DNA of 64,000 nucleotides. Source: Escherichia coli (GTDB lineage Bacteria; Pseudomonadota; Gammaproteobacteria; Enterobacterales; Enterobacteriaceae). Shown here piece by piece: positions 14,239 to 27,786 of the stretch. The translations under genes and the position numbers were made by a program. Each line of letters starts with the position of its first letter. Position 1 is the first letter of the stretch. The notes beneath the pieces were generated by a model that was not told the origin of the DNA, did no database searches, and saw only the letters and a program-made list of their open reading frames with translations. The DNA lies in assembly GCF_003334405.1 (NCBI RefSeq), contig NZ_QOWM01000016.1. One strand, given 5' to 3'.

Positions 14239-15228
14239 ATGAACAAGTGGGGCGTAGGGTTAACATTTTTGCTGGCGGCAACCAGCGTTATGGCAAAGGA
14301 TATTCAGCTTCTTAACGTTTCATATGATCCAACGCGCGAATTGTACGAACAGTACAACAAGGCATTCAGCGCCCACTGGAAACAGCAAACTGGTGATAAC
14401 GTGGTGATTCGTCAGTCACACGGTGGCTCAGGTAAACAAGCGACGTCGGTAATCAACGGTATTGAAGCTGATGTTGTCACGCTGGCTCTGGCCTATGACG
14501 TGGACGCAATTGCGGAACGCGGGCGGATTGATAAAGAGTGGATCAAACGTCTGCCGGATAACTCCGCACCGTACACTTCCACCATTGTTTTCCTGGTACG
14601 TAAGGGAAATCCGAAGCAGATCCATGACTGGAACGATCTGATTAAACCGGGTGTTTCGGTGATCACGCCTAATCCGAAAAGCTCTGGTGGCGCGCGCTGG
14701 AACTACCTGGCAGCCTGGGGCTACGCGCTGCATCACAACAACAACGATCAGGCAAAAGCACAGGATTTTGTTCGGGCACTGTATAAAAACGTCGAAGTTC
14801 TGGATTCTGGCGCGCGTGGCTCCACTAACACTTTTGTCGAGCGCGGAATTGGCGATGTACTGATTGCCTGGGAAAACGAAGCTCTGCTGGCAGCGAATGA
14901 ACTGGGGAAAGATAAATTCGAAATCGTCACGCCGAGTGAGTCTATCCTCGCAGAGCCAACCGTGTCGGTGGTCGATAAAGTGGTCGAGAAAAAAGGTACT
15001 AAAGAGGTGGCGGAAGCCTACCTGAAATATCTCTACTCGCCAGAAGGTCAGGAAATTGCCGCGAAAAACTACTACCGTCCGCGCGACGCTGAGGTGGCGA
15101 AAAAGTACGAAAATGCGTTTCCAAAGCTGAAGTTATTCACCATTGATGAAGAGTTCGGCGGCTGGACGAAAGCGCAAAAAGAGCATTTTGCTAACGGCGG
15201 TACGTTCGATCAGATCAGCAAACGCTGA
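14239..15228 (+). CDS. sbp: periplasmic sulfate-binding protein
   Basis: 329-aa [50 protein letters not shown]..., with signal peptide. Confidence 0.93.
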
Positions 15229-15248
15229 TTTCCCCAGGATAATTATCA

Positions 15249-15280
15249 AACCCGGTGGTTTCTCGCGACCGGGTTTTTTA
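15249..15280 (+). terminator. Intrinsic terminator downstream of sbp
   Basis: Hairpin CCCGGT-GGTTTCTCGCGA-CCGGG followed by TTTTTT. Confidence 0.7.
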
Positions 15281-15334
15281 TTTGTCACGATTTTGCGTTA
15301 CCCTTGCATCTCTTTGAGGTACAGGGAAAAAAAG

Positions 15335-16090
15335 ATGAAAAAAGCGGGTCTTCTTTTTTTGGTGATGATAGTTATCGCCGTTGTGGCTGCCGGTATTGGT
15401 TACTGGAAATTAACCGGTGAAGAGTCGGATACATTACGTAAGATTGTCCTTGAGGAATGTTTGCCCAATCAGCAGCAAAATCAAAATCCTTCGCCATGTG
15501 CGGAAGTCAAACCCAATGCCGGATACGTGGTTTTAAAAGATCTTAATGGCCCACTGCAATATCTGTTGATGCCAACGTATCGTATTAACGGTACTGAAAG
15601 TCCTTTGTTGACCGATCCTTCAACGCCGAACTTCTTTTGGTTGGCTTGGCAGGCGCGTGATTTTATGAGCAAAAAATACGGCCAGCCGGTTCCCGATCGC
15701 GCGGTTTCTTTGGCGATCAACTCCCGCACCGGGCGTACGCAAAACCATTTTCATATTCATATCTCTTGTATTCGTCCTGATGTGCGCAAACAGCTGGATA
15801 ACAATCTGGCGAACATCAGCAGCCGCTGGTTGCCACTGCCAGGTGGTTTGCGCGGGCATGAATACCTGGCGCGTCGGGTAACGGAAAGCGAACTGGTACA
15901 ACGCAGCCCATTTATGATGCTGGCAGAAGAAGTACCTGAGGCGCGGGAACATATGGGACGCTACGGGCTGGCGATGGTACGGCAGAGTGATAACTCATTT
16001 GTATTGCTGGCGACACAACGAAATCTACTGACGCTTAACCGTGCTTCAGCCGAGGAAATTCAGGATCATCAGTGTGAGATTTTGCGTTAA
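15335..16090 (+). CDS. cdh: CDP-diacylglycerol pyrophosphatase
   Basis: Track ORF 15143..16090 trimmed to [33 protein letters not shown] (251 aa). Confidence 0.9.
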
Positions 16091-16112
16091 GGCGAAGAGT
16101 TAAGGAAAGTAA

Positions 16113-16135
16113 GTGCCGGATATGAAATCCGGCAC
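16113..16135. terminator. Hairpin between convergent cdh and tpiA
   Basis: Perfect inverted repeat GTGCCGGA-TATGAAA-TCCGGCAC in the 54-bp convergent spacer; no strong T-tract, so terminator function is tentative. Confidence 0.4.
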
Positions 16136-16144
16136 CTGTCAGAC

Positions 16145-16912
16145 TTAAGCCTGTTTAGCCGCTTCTGCAGCTTTAACGATTACTGCGAAGGCGTCAGCTT
16201 TCAGAGAAGCACCACCAACCAGCGCGCCGTCGATATCCGGCTGAGCAAACAGTTCTGCAGCGTTAGACGCGTTTACAGAGCCGCCGTACTGAATGATCAC
16301 TTGTTCAGCGATGTTAGCGTCAACTTTAGCGATGTGGTCACGGATGAATTTGTGAACAGCCTGTGCCTGAGCCGGAGTTGCAGATTTGCCAGTACCGATT
16401 GCCCATACAGGTTCGTAAGCGATAACCGCACCTTCGAATGCCGCAGCACCCTGAGTTTTCAGTACCGCGTCGATCTGACGTGCGCAAACTTCTTCAGTTT
16501 TGCCCGCTTCATTTTCAGCTTCGGTTTCACCGATGCACAGAACCGGAGTCAGGCCCTGCTCTTTCAGCACCGCGAATTTTTTCGCGATCAGTTCGTCAGA
16601 TTCTTTGTGGTAAGTACGACGTTCAGAGTGACCGATGATGATGTACTGTGCGCCGATGTCTTTCAGCATAGCAGCAGAGGTTTCACCGGTGAATGCGCCG
16701 GACAGGTTCAGGTCCACGTTTTGCGCACCCAGCATGATGTGGCTGCCTTCAGCTTCGCGCTTCGCCATATCGATATACATTTCCGGTGGTGCGATTGCAA
16801 CCGCACAGCCAGCAACACCTGCCAGCTCTTTACGCAGGTTAGAAACCAGCTCGTGAACCATGTGGCGGCTGCCGTTCAGTTTCCAGTTACCCATCACTAA
16901 AGGATGTCGCAT
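16145..16912 (-). CDS. tpiA: triosephosphate isomerase
   Basis: 255-aa [46 protein letters not shown]... Confidence 0.96.
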
Positions 16913-17019
16913 TTTAATTCTCCACGCTTATAAGCGAATAAAGGAAGATGGCCGCCCCGCAGGGCAGCAGGTCTGTGAAACAGTATAGAGATTCATCGGC
17001 ACAAAGGCTTTGCTTTTTG

Positions 17020-17619
17020 TCATTTATTCAAACCTTCAAGCGATTCAGATAGCGCCAGCTTAATCGGTTCAACAGCGAAGGTCAGCCCCTTTTCGCCGTT
17101 GTCCGCGACAACATAACGCAGTGCACCTTCTGTCTCGGTGTAATAACGTTTGTTTTTCCCCGCCGTTAGTAGCGACTGCAGTTTTTTCTGGCTTTGTGTT
17201 TTGGTCATTAATGGGGTGAGTGTGCGGATCACCGCTGCCATGTATTCCTGAGCTTTCGCTTTCGCGGCTTTTTGCTCTGGCCCCTGGATGGGTAGCCAGG
17301 TCATTTGAATGCTTTTGATTTTTAAGGTACCGCGCTCCAGCGCTGTAGAAGCATACAAGTTCTCATTAATTTTACTTGCAGCACGAGTGAGATTGGCTTT
17401 GTCGGGACTGCTGTCGATGGCACGAAATTCGTTCAGTGGCAGGCTGGGATTCTGGCTGTTAAAGTCTTCTCGAAACTGGCTGATGGAGAGATCGAAAGTA
17501 GGGGCTCCAGCCAGCAGATAAGGCGCGGTCGTTGCCGTATCTGGTGTTTGTGCATGCGCCGCTGTTGTAACGGTTAATGCAGAACATAAGAGAAAAAACA
17601 GCGTACACCCTGGCTTCAT
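17020..17619 (-). CDS. yiiQ: DUF1454-family secreted protein of unknown function
   Basis: 199-aa ORF with N-terminal signal peptide MKPGCTLFFLLCSALTVTTAAHAQ. Confidence 0.8.
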   Translation of the reverse strand: MKPGCTLFFLLCSALTVTTAAHAQTPDTATTAPYLLAGAPTFDLSISQFREDFNSQNPSLPLNEFRAIDSSPDKANLTRAASKINENLYASTALERGTLKIKSIQMTWLPIQGPEQKAAKAKAQEYMAAVIRTLTPLMTKTQSQKKLQSLLTAGKNKRYYTETEGALRYVVADNGEKGLTFAVEPIKLALSESLEGLNK

Positions 17620-17719
17620 TGACAGTACCTTTTGTTATGACTGGCTCCGATTAAAACGATATCTGTCGCCCTTGTCAAAAGGGTAGAATCCTGGAAAAGA
17701 CAACCATCAAGGAACTTAC

Positions 17720-18160
17720 ATGACCATACAGCAATGGTTATTCTCATTTAAAGGGCGTATTGGACGCCGTGATTTCTGGATTTGGATAGGCCTGTGGTTC
17801 GCAGGCATGCTGGTGCTTTTCTCACTGGCGGGTAAGAATCTACTCGATATTCAGACCGCGGCGTTTTGCCTTGTGTGCTTGCTCTGGCCAACAGCGGCAG
17901 TAACTGTTAAGCGCTTGCATGATCGCGGGCGTTCCGGCGCATGGGCATTTCTGATGATTGTGGCGTGGATGCTGCTGGCGGGTAACTGGGCGATTTTACC
18001 GGGTGTCTGGCAATGGGCGGTGGGGCGTTTTGTCCCGACGTTGATTCTGGTGATGATGCTTATCGATCTTGGTGCGTTTGTTGGCACACAAGGCGAAAAT
18101 AAATATGGTAAAGATACTCAGGATGTGAAGTATAAAGCCGACAATAAATCAAGTAATTAA
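17720..18160 (+). CDS. yiiR: DUF805-family inner membrane protein
   Basis: 146-aa hydrophobic ORF, MTIQQWLFSFKGRIGRRDFWIWIGLWFAGMLVLF... Confidence 0.8.
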   Translation: MTIQQWLFSFKGRIGRRDFWIWIGLWFAGMLVLFSLAGKNLLDIQTAAFCLVCLLWPTAAVTVKRLHDRGRSGAWAFLMIVAWMLLAGNWAILPGVWQWAVGRFVPTLILVMMLIDLGAFVGTQGENKYGKDTQDVKYKADNKSSN

Positions 18161-18371
18161 CCTTTAATATATCTCTTACTGCTATTTTTTTCCGGGATTG
18201 TTATTTCCACGATGCAAATGACAATACCCGGAAAATCCTTCTGAACTCTTCACCTTAAGCAATATCAAAAAAAATGGTAATCCATAAGATCATTACTTGT
18301 TTGTTCTTCCCTTAACGGCGCATTATTCTTAAGTCGTAATCGACAGAGAGGCGAATATACAGAGGTGCCCT

Positions 18372-18671
18372 ATGAAAGATGTCGTAGATAAATGCAGTAC
18401 TAAAGGATGTGCGATTGATATCGGTACGGTGATTGATAACGACAACTGTACCAGTAAGTTTTCGCGCTTTTTTGCCACCCGCGAAGAAGCAGAGTCTTTT
18501 ATGACCAAACTGAAAGAGCTTGCCGCCGCTACATCCTCTGCAGATGAAGGGGCCAGCGTGGCCTATAAGATTAAGGATCTGGAGGGGCAAGTTGAGCTTG
18601 ATGCGGCCTTCACTTTCTCATGCCAGGCCGAGATGATTATTTTTGAGTTATCACTGCGTTCGTTAGCTTGA
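18372..18671 (+). CDS. yiiS: small conserved protein of unknown function (UPF0381/DUF406)
   Basis: 99-aa [37 protein letters not shown]... Confidence 0.8.
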
Positions 18672-18697
18672 TGGAGTTGCTTTAGAAGGAGTTAAAC

Positions 18698-19126
18698 ATG
18701 GCTTATAAACACATTGGCGTGGCAATTTCCGGGAATGAAGAAGATGCCTTACTGGTGAATAAAGCCCTGGAGCTCGCCAGACATAATGACGCTCACCTGA
18801 CGTTAATTCATATTGATGATGGCTTAAGCGAGTTGTATCCGGGTATCTACTTCCCTGCAACAGAAGATATTCTTCAATTGTTGAAGAATAAGTCGGATAA
18901 CAAGCTGTATAAACTGACGAAAAATATTCAATGGCCGAAGACAAAACTGCGTATTGAACGCGGAGAAATGCCGGAAACACTGCTGGAAATTATGCAAAAA
19001 GAGCAGTGCGACCTCCTTGTCTGTGGTCATCATCACTCATTTATCAACCGTTTGATGCCGGCATATCGCGGGATGATCAATAAGATGAGTGCGGATTTGC
19101 TCATCGTGCCGTTTATCGATAAGTAA
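18698..19126 (+). CDS. uspD: universal stress protein D
   Basis: 142-aa [43 protein letters not shown]... Confidence 0.85.
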
Positions 19127-19130
19127 CCGC

Positions 19131-19877
19131 TTACCAGTAATGCTCCGCTGTCATATGGCCCGGTCGGCGACGTAAATGTTTCGTCATCTGCCGGGTCTCT
19201 TTCAGCAACTGTTGTGTATCGCGCACCATCTGTGGATTGCCGCACAGCATCACATGGCTGGTTTCTTTATTCATCGGCAGGCCAATCGTGCTTTCCAGTT
19301 CCCCACTTTCAATTAATGCCGGTATCCGTCCGGTGAGCGACCCCGCTGCCGTTTCCCGACTGACCACCGTCTGAATGCGCAGTTTTCCTTCGTAGCGTTT
19401 TTCCAGTTCCTGCATCAGTGGCAAATAGCTTAAGTCGGCGGCATAACGTGCGGCGTGCACCAGGACCAGATTTTTGAAGCGATCTAAATCTTTACCTAGT
19501 TGCAGAATCGATAAATAAGGGCCAATCGCTGTACCGGTTGCCAGCATCCATAGCGTTTCGCAGTGCGGCACTTCATCGAGCACAAAGAATCCTGCCGCTT
19601 CGCTAACCACCTGCACTTCATCGCCTGGTTTCAGTGCCGCCAGTCGTGGGCTTAATTTGCCATCGGGGACGGTGACCAGGTAAAACTCCAGATCGGGATT
19701 ATCGGGCGAGTTTACATAGGAGTAGGCGCGCTGGACGCGTTCGCCGTCGATTTCAAGGCCAAGCTTGGTAAATTGCCCGGCGGTAAACGGAAGCACGGGG
19801 GCGTGAACGGTGAGACTAAACAGGGCGTCGGTCCAGTTCTGCACTTTAGTGACTTTGCCTGTTACCCAATCAGCCAT
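19131..19877 (-). CDS. fpr: flavodoxin/ferredoxin-NADP+ reductase
   Basis: 248-aa ORF, MADWVTGKVTKVQNWTDALFSLTVHAPVLPFTAGQFTKLGLE... Confidence 0.93.
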   Translation of the reverse strand: MADWVTGKVTKVQNWTDALFSLTVHAPVLPFTAGQFTKLGLEIDGERVQRAYSYVNSPDNPDLEFYLVTVPDGKLSPRLAALKPGDEVQVVSEAAGFFVLDEVPHCETLWMLATGTAIGPYLSILQLGKDLDRFKNLVLVHAARYAADLSYLPLMQELEKRYEGKLRIQTVVSRETAAGSLTGRIPALIESGELESTIGLPMNKETSHVMLCGNPQMVRDTQQLLKETRQMTKHLRRRPGHMTAEHYW

Positions 19878-19921
19878 GTTTTTCTCCTGTTTTGATTGAC
19901 TTGCCTTATCTTCGTTCTCCG

Positions 19922-19950
19922 AACAAAAAAATTCCAGTCCCGAAGGACTG
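19922..19950 (-). terminator. Intrinsic terminator at the end of glpFKX
   Basis: Minus-strand hairpin CCAGTCC-TTCG-GGACTGG followed by a run of U (plus-strand A-tract 19924..19930), 24 bp past the glpX stop. Confidence 0.7.
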
Positions 19951-19973
19951 GAAGGCTCAATCGATCAAATCAA

Positions 19974-20984
19974 TCAGAGGATGTGCACCTGCATTTCCGG
20001 GTCTTTGCGATCCAGATAGTGGATGGACTGAATGCGGCGAATGGTGCGTGACTTGCCGCGGATCAGCAGCGTTTCGGTAGTCGCGATATTGCCTTTGCGG
20101 CTAATGCCTTCCAGCAGATCGCCTTTGGTAATACCGGTGGCAGAGAAGATGACGTTATCGCTGCGCGCCATATCGCCCAGGCGCAATACTTTACCGGCTT
20201 CGATGCCCATCGCTTTGCAGCGTGCCAGCTCCTGCTCGCCAATGCGACGATTCTCTTCGTTGTCGCCTTTGACGTCATGACGCGCCAGCAGACGACCGTT
20301 CATGTCGCCATCTAATGCGCGGATCACCGCCGCAGAAACTACGCCTTCCGGCGCGCCACCAATACCGTACAGCACGTCAACTTCGCTGTCTGGCATACAG
20401 GTGAGAATTGAGGCCGCAACGTCGCCGTCCGGAATAGCAAATACGCGTACGCCGAGTTGCTGCATTTCAGCGATAACGGCATCGTGGCGTGGTTTAGCCA
20501 GAATCGTTACCGTCAGTTCGCTCAACGGTTTGCCGAGCGCCGCCGCTACATTGCGCAGGTTATCCGCCAGCGGCAGGTTCAGATCAATGGTGCCTTTGGC
20601 TCCCGGCCCGACAATCAGCTTCTCCATATACATATCCGGCGCATTGAGGAAGCAGCCTTTATCGCCTACTGCCAGCACCGCCAGCGCGTTAGCCTGGCCC
20701 ATCGCCGTCATGCGCGTGCCTTCAATCGGATCAACAGCAATATCTACCGCGTCGCCGCGACCAGTACCGACTTTTTCACCAATGTAGAGCATCGGTGCTT
20801 CGTCGATTTCACCTTCACCAATGACGATGGTGCCGTCAATGTTGACCTGGTTGAGCATAATACGCATGGCGTTTACCGCCGCGCCGTCCGCGGTGTTTTT
20901 ATCGCCGCGTCCTAACCATTTGTAGCCAGCCAGCGCCGCTGATTCGGTGACGCGGGAAAATTCGATGGCAAGTTCTCGTCTCAT
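19974..20984 (-). CDS. glpX: class II fructose-1,6-bisphosphatase
   Basis: Track ORF 19974..21113 trimmed to MRRELAIEFSRVTESAALAGYKWLGRGDKNTADGAAV (336 aa). Confidence 0.93.
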   Translation of the reverse strand: MRRELAIEFSRVTESAALAGYKWLGRGDKNTADGAAVNAMRIMLNQVNIDGTIVIGEGEIDEAPMLYIGEKVGTGRGDAVDIAVDPIEGTRMTAMGQANALAVLAVGDKGCFLNAPDMYMEKLIVGPGAKGTIDLNLPLADNLRNVAAALGKPLSELTVTILAKPRHDAVIAEMQQLGVRVFAIPDGDVAASILTCMPDSEVDVLYGIGGAPEGVVSAAVIRALDGDMNGRLLARHDVKGDNEENRRIGEQELARCKAMGIEAGKVLRLGDMARSDNVIFSATGITKGDLLEGISRKGNIATTETLLIRGKSRTIRRIQSIHYLDRKDPEMQVHIL

Positions 20985-21118
20985 AGCAAACTCTAAGCAG
21001 TAAGGAATGGCGCGAAGTGTAGCACAGGGGAAGGGAGGGATTATTGATGTGTGCGGGGTTGCCCCCGCACGTTTCGGGACTACCGGATGCGGCATAAACG
21101 CTTCATTCGGCATTTACA

Positions 21119-24165
<3,047 letters not shown>

Positions 24166-24220
24166 TTACGCTTCATCTTCCGCGTAATTTCTTTACTGTG
24201 TAGGCCAACAGGTAACGCAG

Positions 24221-24250
24221 AAAAAAGGCACCTTGCGGTGCCTTTCTTAT
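24221..24250. terminator. Bidirectional intrinsic terminator between convergent zapB and rraA
   Basis: AAAAAA-AGGCACC-TTGC-GGTGCCT-TTCTT; hairpin flanked by an A-tract on one side and a T-rich run on the other. Confidence 0.7.
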
Positions 24251-24735
24251 CATTCAATATCCAGCGGATCTTCTGAAAGAATAATCCCGGTATTGTCGGC
24301 ATAAAGATGGTCGCCGGAGAAGAAGGTGACACCGCCAAAATTGACGCGGACATCGCTTTCGCCAATGCCTTCGCCAGCGGCACCAACCGGAATTGCCGCC
24401 ATCGCCTGGATGCCGATATCCAACTCTTCCAGGTCATCTACCTGACGCACCGCGCCGTAAATGACCAGACCTTCCCATTCATTTTGTACTGCCAGACGCG
24501 CCAGTTCAGCATCGACCAGTGCGCGACGAACAGAACCACCGCCATCGACGACAAGAACACGACCACGGCCATTCTGTTCGAGCAGATCGTACAGCAACCC
24601 GTTGTCCTCGAAACATTTTACCGTGATTATTTGTCCGCCAAACGACGCCCGTCCGCCAAAGTTGGAGAACAGCGGTTCCACGACGTTAACATCTTCTTGA
24701 TAGATGTCACAAAGCTCGGAAGTATCGTATTTCAT
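24250..24735 (-). CDS. rraA: RNase E inhibitor RraA
   Basis: 161-aa [49 protein letters not shown]... Confidence 0.92.
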
Positions 24736-24827
24736 AGGCTTAACATTCAGTTGCTGCGAGAATTTTCAGTATATCGCGCTATGTGGGCTGTTGGCAAAAT
24801 CATCAATTGTTAATTGATATTTGTCAG

Positions 24828-25754
24828 TTATGCTGCCCACTGGCTTAGGAATATCCCTAAAACAAACAGCAGGTTAGTCAGTAACGCTCCCTTGACAGTA
24901 CGTTCCAGCATTGGTCGCATCGCCACCGGGTCCATTTCCCGCATCACATAACGGGCTTGCTTCACCAGTAATGGTGCCGCCAGCAGGAACAGCCAGCCCC
25001 ACAGGCTATGCAGCGAAAAGAGATTAAACAGCGCCAGACACACCAGCGAGCCCATCAGCAGGCAGGCATGATAACGACGCGCGTTCACTTCACCTAAGCG
25101 CACCACCAGCGTGTTTTTGCCATTTTCGCGGTCGCTATTGATATCACGCAGGTTATTAATATTCAGTACTGCCGTTGCCAGCAGGCCGCATGCGGTCGCC
25201 GGAAGGATCAGTGCCGGAATCAATGTATGAGCCTGTAAATACCAGCTCCCCATGACACTCAACCAGCCAAAGAAAACCAGTACGGAAATATCACCCAGAC
25301 CGATATAACCATAAGGACGATTGCCCACGGTGTAGGTGATAGCGGCAATGATCGACAACCCGCCAAGAATCAGGAAACCGACAAAATCGGCCAGCGTATG
25401 GCATGCCACTGCAACCAGTGCCAGCCCGGAGAGACAGATGAGCACGACGGTAATAATGAGCGCCCGTTTCATCTCTTGCTGGGTAATGACCCCTTTTTGC
25501 ATGCCGCGTAGCGGCCCAATGCGGTCAGGTTTATCGCTGCCTTTTACCGCATCGCCGTAATCATTGGCGAGGTTAGAAAGGATCTGTAATAGCCCGGCGG
25601 TAATTAGTGCCAGCAGGGCGACCAGCGGATCGAAGTGACCTTGCCACCATGCCAGCGCTGTCCCGACGATAATTGCAGCAAAGGCGAGGGGGAGGGTTTT
25701 AGGTCGTAAACTTTCCAGCCACGCCTGAGTTCGGCTAATTTGTTGTTCAGTCAT
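24828..25754 (-). CDS. menA: 1,4-dihydroxy-2-naphthoate octaprenyltransferase
   Basis: Track ORF 24828..25766 trimmed to MTEQQISRTQAWLESLRPKTLPLAFAAIIVGTALAWW (308 aa); UbiA-family membrane prenyltransferase. Confidence 0.9.
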   Translation of the reverse strand: MTEQQISRTQAWLESLRPKTLPLAFAAIIVGTALAWWQGHFDPLVALLALITAGLLQILSNLANDYGDAVKGSDKPDRIGPLRGMQKGVITQQEMKRALIITVVLICLSGLALVAVACHTLADFVGFLILGGLSIIAAITYTVGNRPYGYIGLGDISVLVFFGWLSVMGSWYLQAHTLIPALILPATACGLLATAVLNINNLRDINSDRENGKNTLVVRLGEVNARRYHACLLMGSLVCLALFNLFSLHSLWGWLFLLAAPLLVKQARYVMREMDPVAMRPMLERTVKGALLTNLLFVLGIFLSQWAA

Positions 25755-25764
25755 AATACGCGCC

Positions 25765-25790
25765 AATAAAAATGGGGCCTTTCAGCCCCA
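25765..25790 (-). terminator. Intrinsic terminator downstream of hslU
   Basis: Minus-strand hairpin TGGGGC-TGAAAG-GCCCCA followed by UUUUUA (plus-strand A-tract 25767..25772); lies only about 11 to 35 bp upstream of the menA ATG. Confidence 0.65.
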
Positions 25791-25820
25791 TCAAACAATG
25801 ATGAAAATGATTGAACGCGA

Positions 25821-27152
25821 TTATAGGATAAAACGGCTCAGATCTTCATCTGCCACCAACGCATCCAGATGTTTGCTCACATAATCTGCGTCAATAGTGA
25901 TATTTTGACCGCTTAAATCGCTGGCGTCGTAGGAAATCTCTTCCATTAAACGCTCCAGAACAGTGTGTAAACGACGAGCACCGATGTTTTCGGTAGATTC
26001 GTTCACCTGCCATGCCGCTTCCGCGATGCGTTTAATACCGGAGTCGGTAAACTCGATATTTACGCCTTCAGTCGCCATCAGTGCTTTGTACTGCACGGTG
26101 ATAGAGGCATTCGGCTCGGTCAGAATACGCTCGAAGTCGCTGGTGGTCAGCGCCTGCAGTTCAACGCGGATTGGCAGACGACCTTGCAGTTCCGGGATCA
26201 GGTCAGACGGTTTCGCAATCTGGAACGCGCCAGAAGCGATAAACAGAATGTGGTCAGTTTTGACCATCCCGTGTTTGGTGGAAACGGTGCAACCTTCTAC
26301 CAGCGGCAGCAGGTCACGCTGAACGCCTTCACGAGAAACATCCGGACCGGAAGACTCGCCGCGCTTACAGATTTTGTCGATTTCGTCGATAAACACGATC
26401 CCGTGCTGCTCAACAGCGTCGATAGCGTCTTGCTTCAGCTCTTCCGGGTTCACCAGTTTCGCCGCTTCTTCTTCAATCAGCAGCTTCATGGCGTCTTTGA
26501 TTTTCAGCTTACGCGCTTTTTGCTTCTGGCCGCCCAGGTTCTGGAACATGGACTGCAGCTGGCTGGTCATCTCTTCCATGCCCGGAGGAGCCATAATTTC
26601 AACGCCCATCGGTGCTGCGGCAAGATCGATCTCGATTTCTTTGTCATCAAGCTGGCCTTCACGCAGTTTTTTGCGGAATGCTTGACGAGCAGCGGACGGT
26701 TCCTGCTGCTGTTCGGTCTGTCCCCAGTTGTTTTTAGCAGGTGGGATCAGCACGTCGAGAATACGTTCTTCTGCCAGTTCTTCAGCGCGATAACGGTTTT
26801 TCTCGATAGCCTGGACGCGTACCATTTTCACGGCGGCATCGGTCAGATCGCGAATAATAGAATCCACTTCCTTACCGACGTAGCCCACTTCGGTGAATTT
26901 GGTCGCTTCAACTTTGATGAACGGCGCATTCGCCAGCTTAGCCAGACGACGGGCGATTTCAGTTTTACCGACACCGGTCGGGCCGATCATCAGGATATTT
27001 TTCGGGGTCACTTCATGGCGCAGCTCTTCGTTGAGCTGCATGCGACGCCAGCGGTTACGCAGAGCAATCGCCACAGAACGCTTGGCGTTGTCCTGGCCGA
27101 TGATGTGCTTATCCAGTTCGCTGACGATTTCGCGTGGGGTCATTTCAGACAT
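25821..27152 (-). CDS. hslU: ATP-dependent protease ATPase subunit HslU
   Basis: 443-aa [43 protein letters not shown]...; Walker A GPTGVGKT. Confidence 0.96.
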
Positions 27153-27161
27153 GGGAGATCC

Positions 27162-27692
27162 TTACGCTTTGTAGCTTAATTCTTCGATGGTGTGGAAATG
27201 GTTGGTATAGATGCAAATGTCGCCTGCAATATCCAACGCCTTTTCAGCAATTTCACGGGCGCTAAGTTCAGTGTTTTCTAACAGCGCGCGCGCCGCAGCC
27301 TGGGCGTAAGGGCCGCCGGAGCCGATAGCAATAAGATCGTTTTCTGGCTGCACCACGTCACCGTTACCGGTGATGATAAGCGATGCAGTTTCATCCGCGA
27401 CTGCCAGCAGTGCTTCAAGTTTGCGCAGCATGCGATCGGTACGCCAGTCTTTTGCCAGCTCAACGGCGGCTTTGACCAGATGGCCCTGATGCATTTCCAG
27501 TTTACGTTCAAACAGTTCGAACAGCGTAAAAGCATCCGCAGTACCGCCCGCAAAGCCCGCGATGACTTTGTCGTTGTACAGACGGCGGACCTTTTTCACG
27601 TTGCCTTTCATTACGGTATTGCCCAACGTGGCCTGACCATCACCAGCGATGACCACATGGCCGTTACGGCGTACGCTTACTATAGTTGTCAC
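27162..27692 (-). CDS. hslV: ATP-dependent protease subunit HslV
   Basis: 176-aa [42 protein letters not shown]...; N-terminal Thr nucleophile after Met removal. Confidence 0.96.
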
Positions 27693-27751
27693 GAGCTGAC
27701 CCCTTGGTTACGAATACAGAGTACAAACCCCGTACAAAAGTACGGGGCATA

Positions 27752-27786
27752 ATGCAATTATAGATGGGGGGGATTTTGAGGGTTTC
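27752..27786 (-). promoter_or_regulatory. sigma-32 heat-shock promoter of hslVU
   Basis: Minus-strand -10 CCCCATCT (plus 27755..27762) and -35 GTTGAAAC (about 27778..27785) resemble the sigma-32 consensus CTTGAAA / CCCCATnT; a 5'-UTR hairpin CCCCGTAC-TTTT-GTACGGGG follows at 27724..27745. Confidence 0.6.

Noticed and set aside
21043-21075. Palindrome GTGCGGGGTTGCCCCCGCAC (21051..21070) between glpK and glpX as a possible regulatory or novel element
   Set aside because: Most simply a stem-loop in the glpK to glpX intercistronic region (partial terminator or mRNA stability element) next to a degenerate REP half-site; it does not clearly go beyond known operon architecture.
26184-27179. 331-aa ORF on the plus strand
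   Set aside because: Entirely antisense to hslU, whose identity is unambiguous; low-complexity, Arg/Phe-rich translation typical of antisense frames of GC-rich genes.
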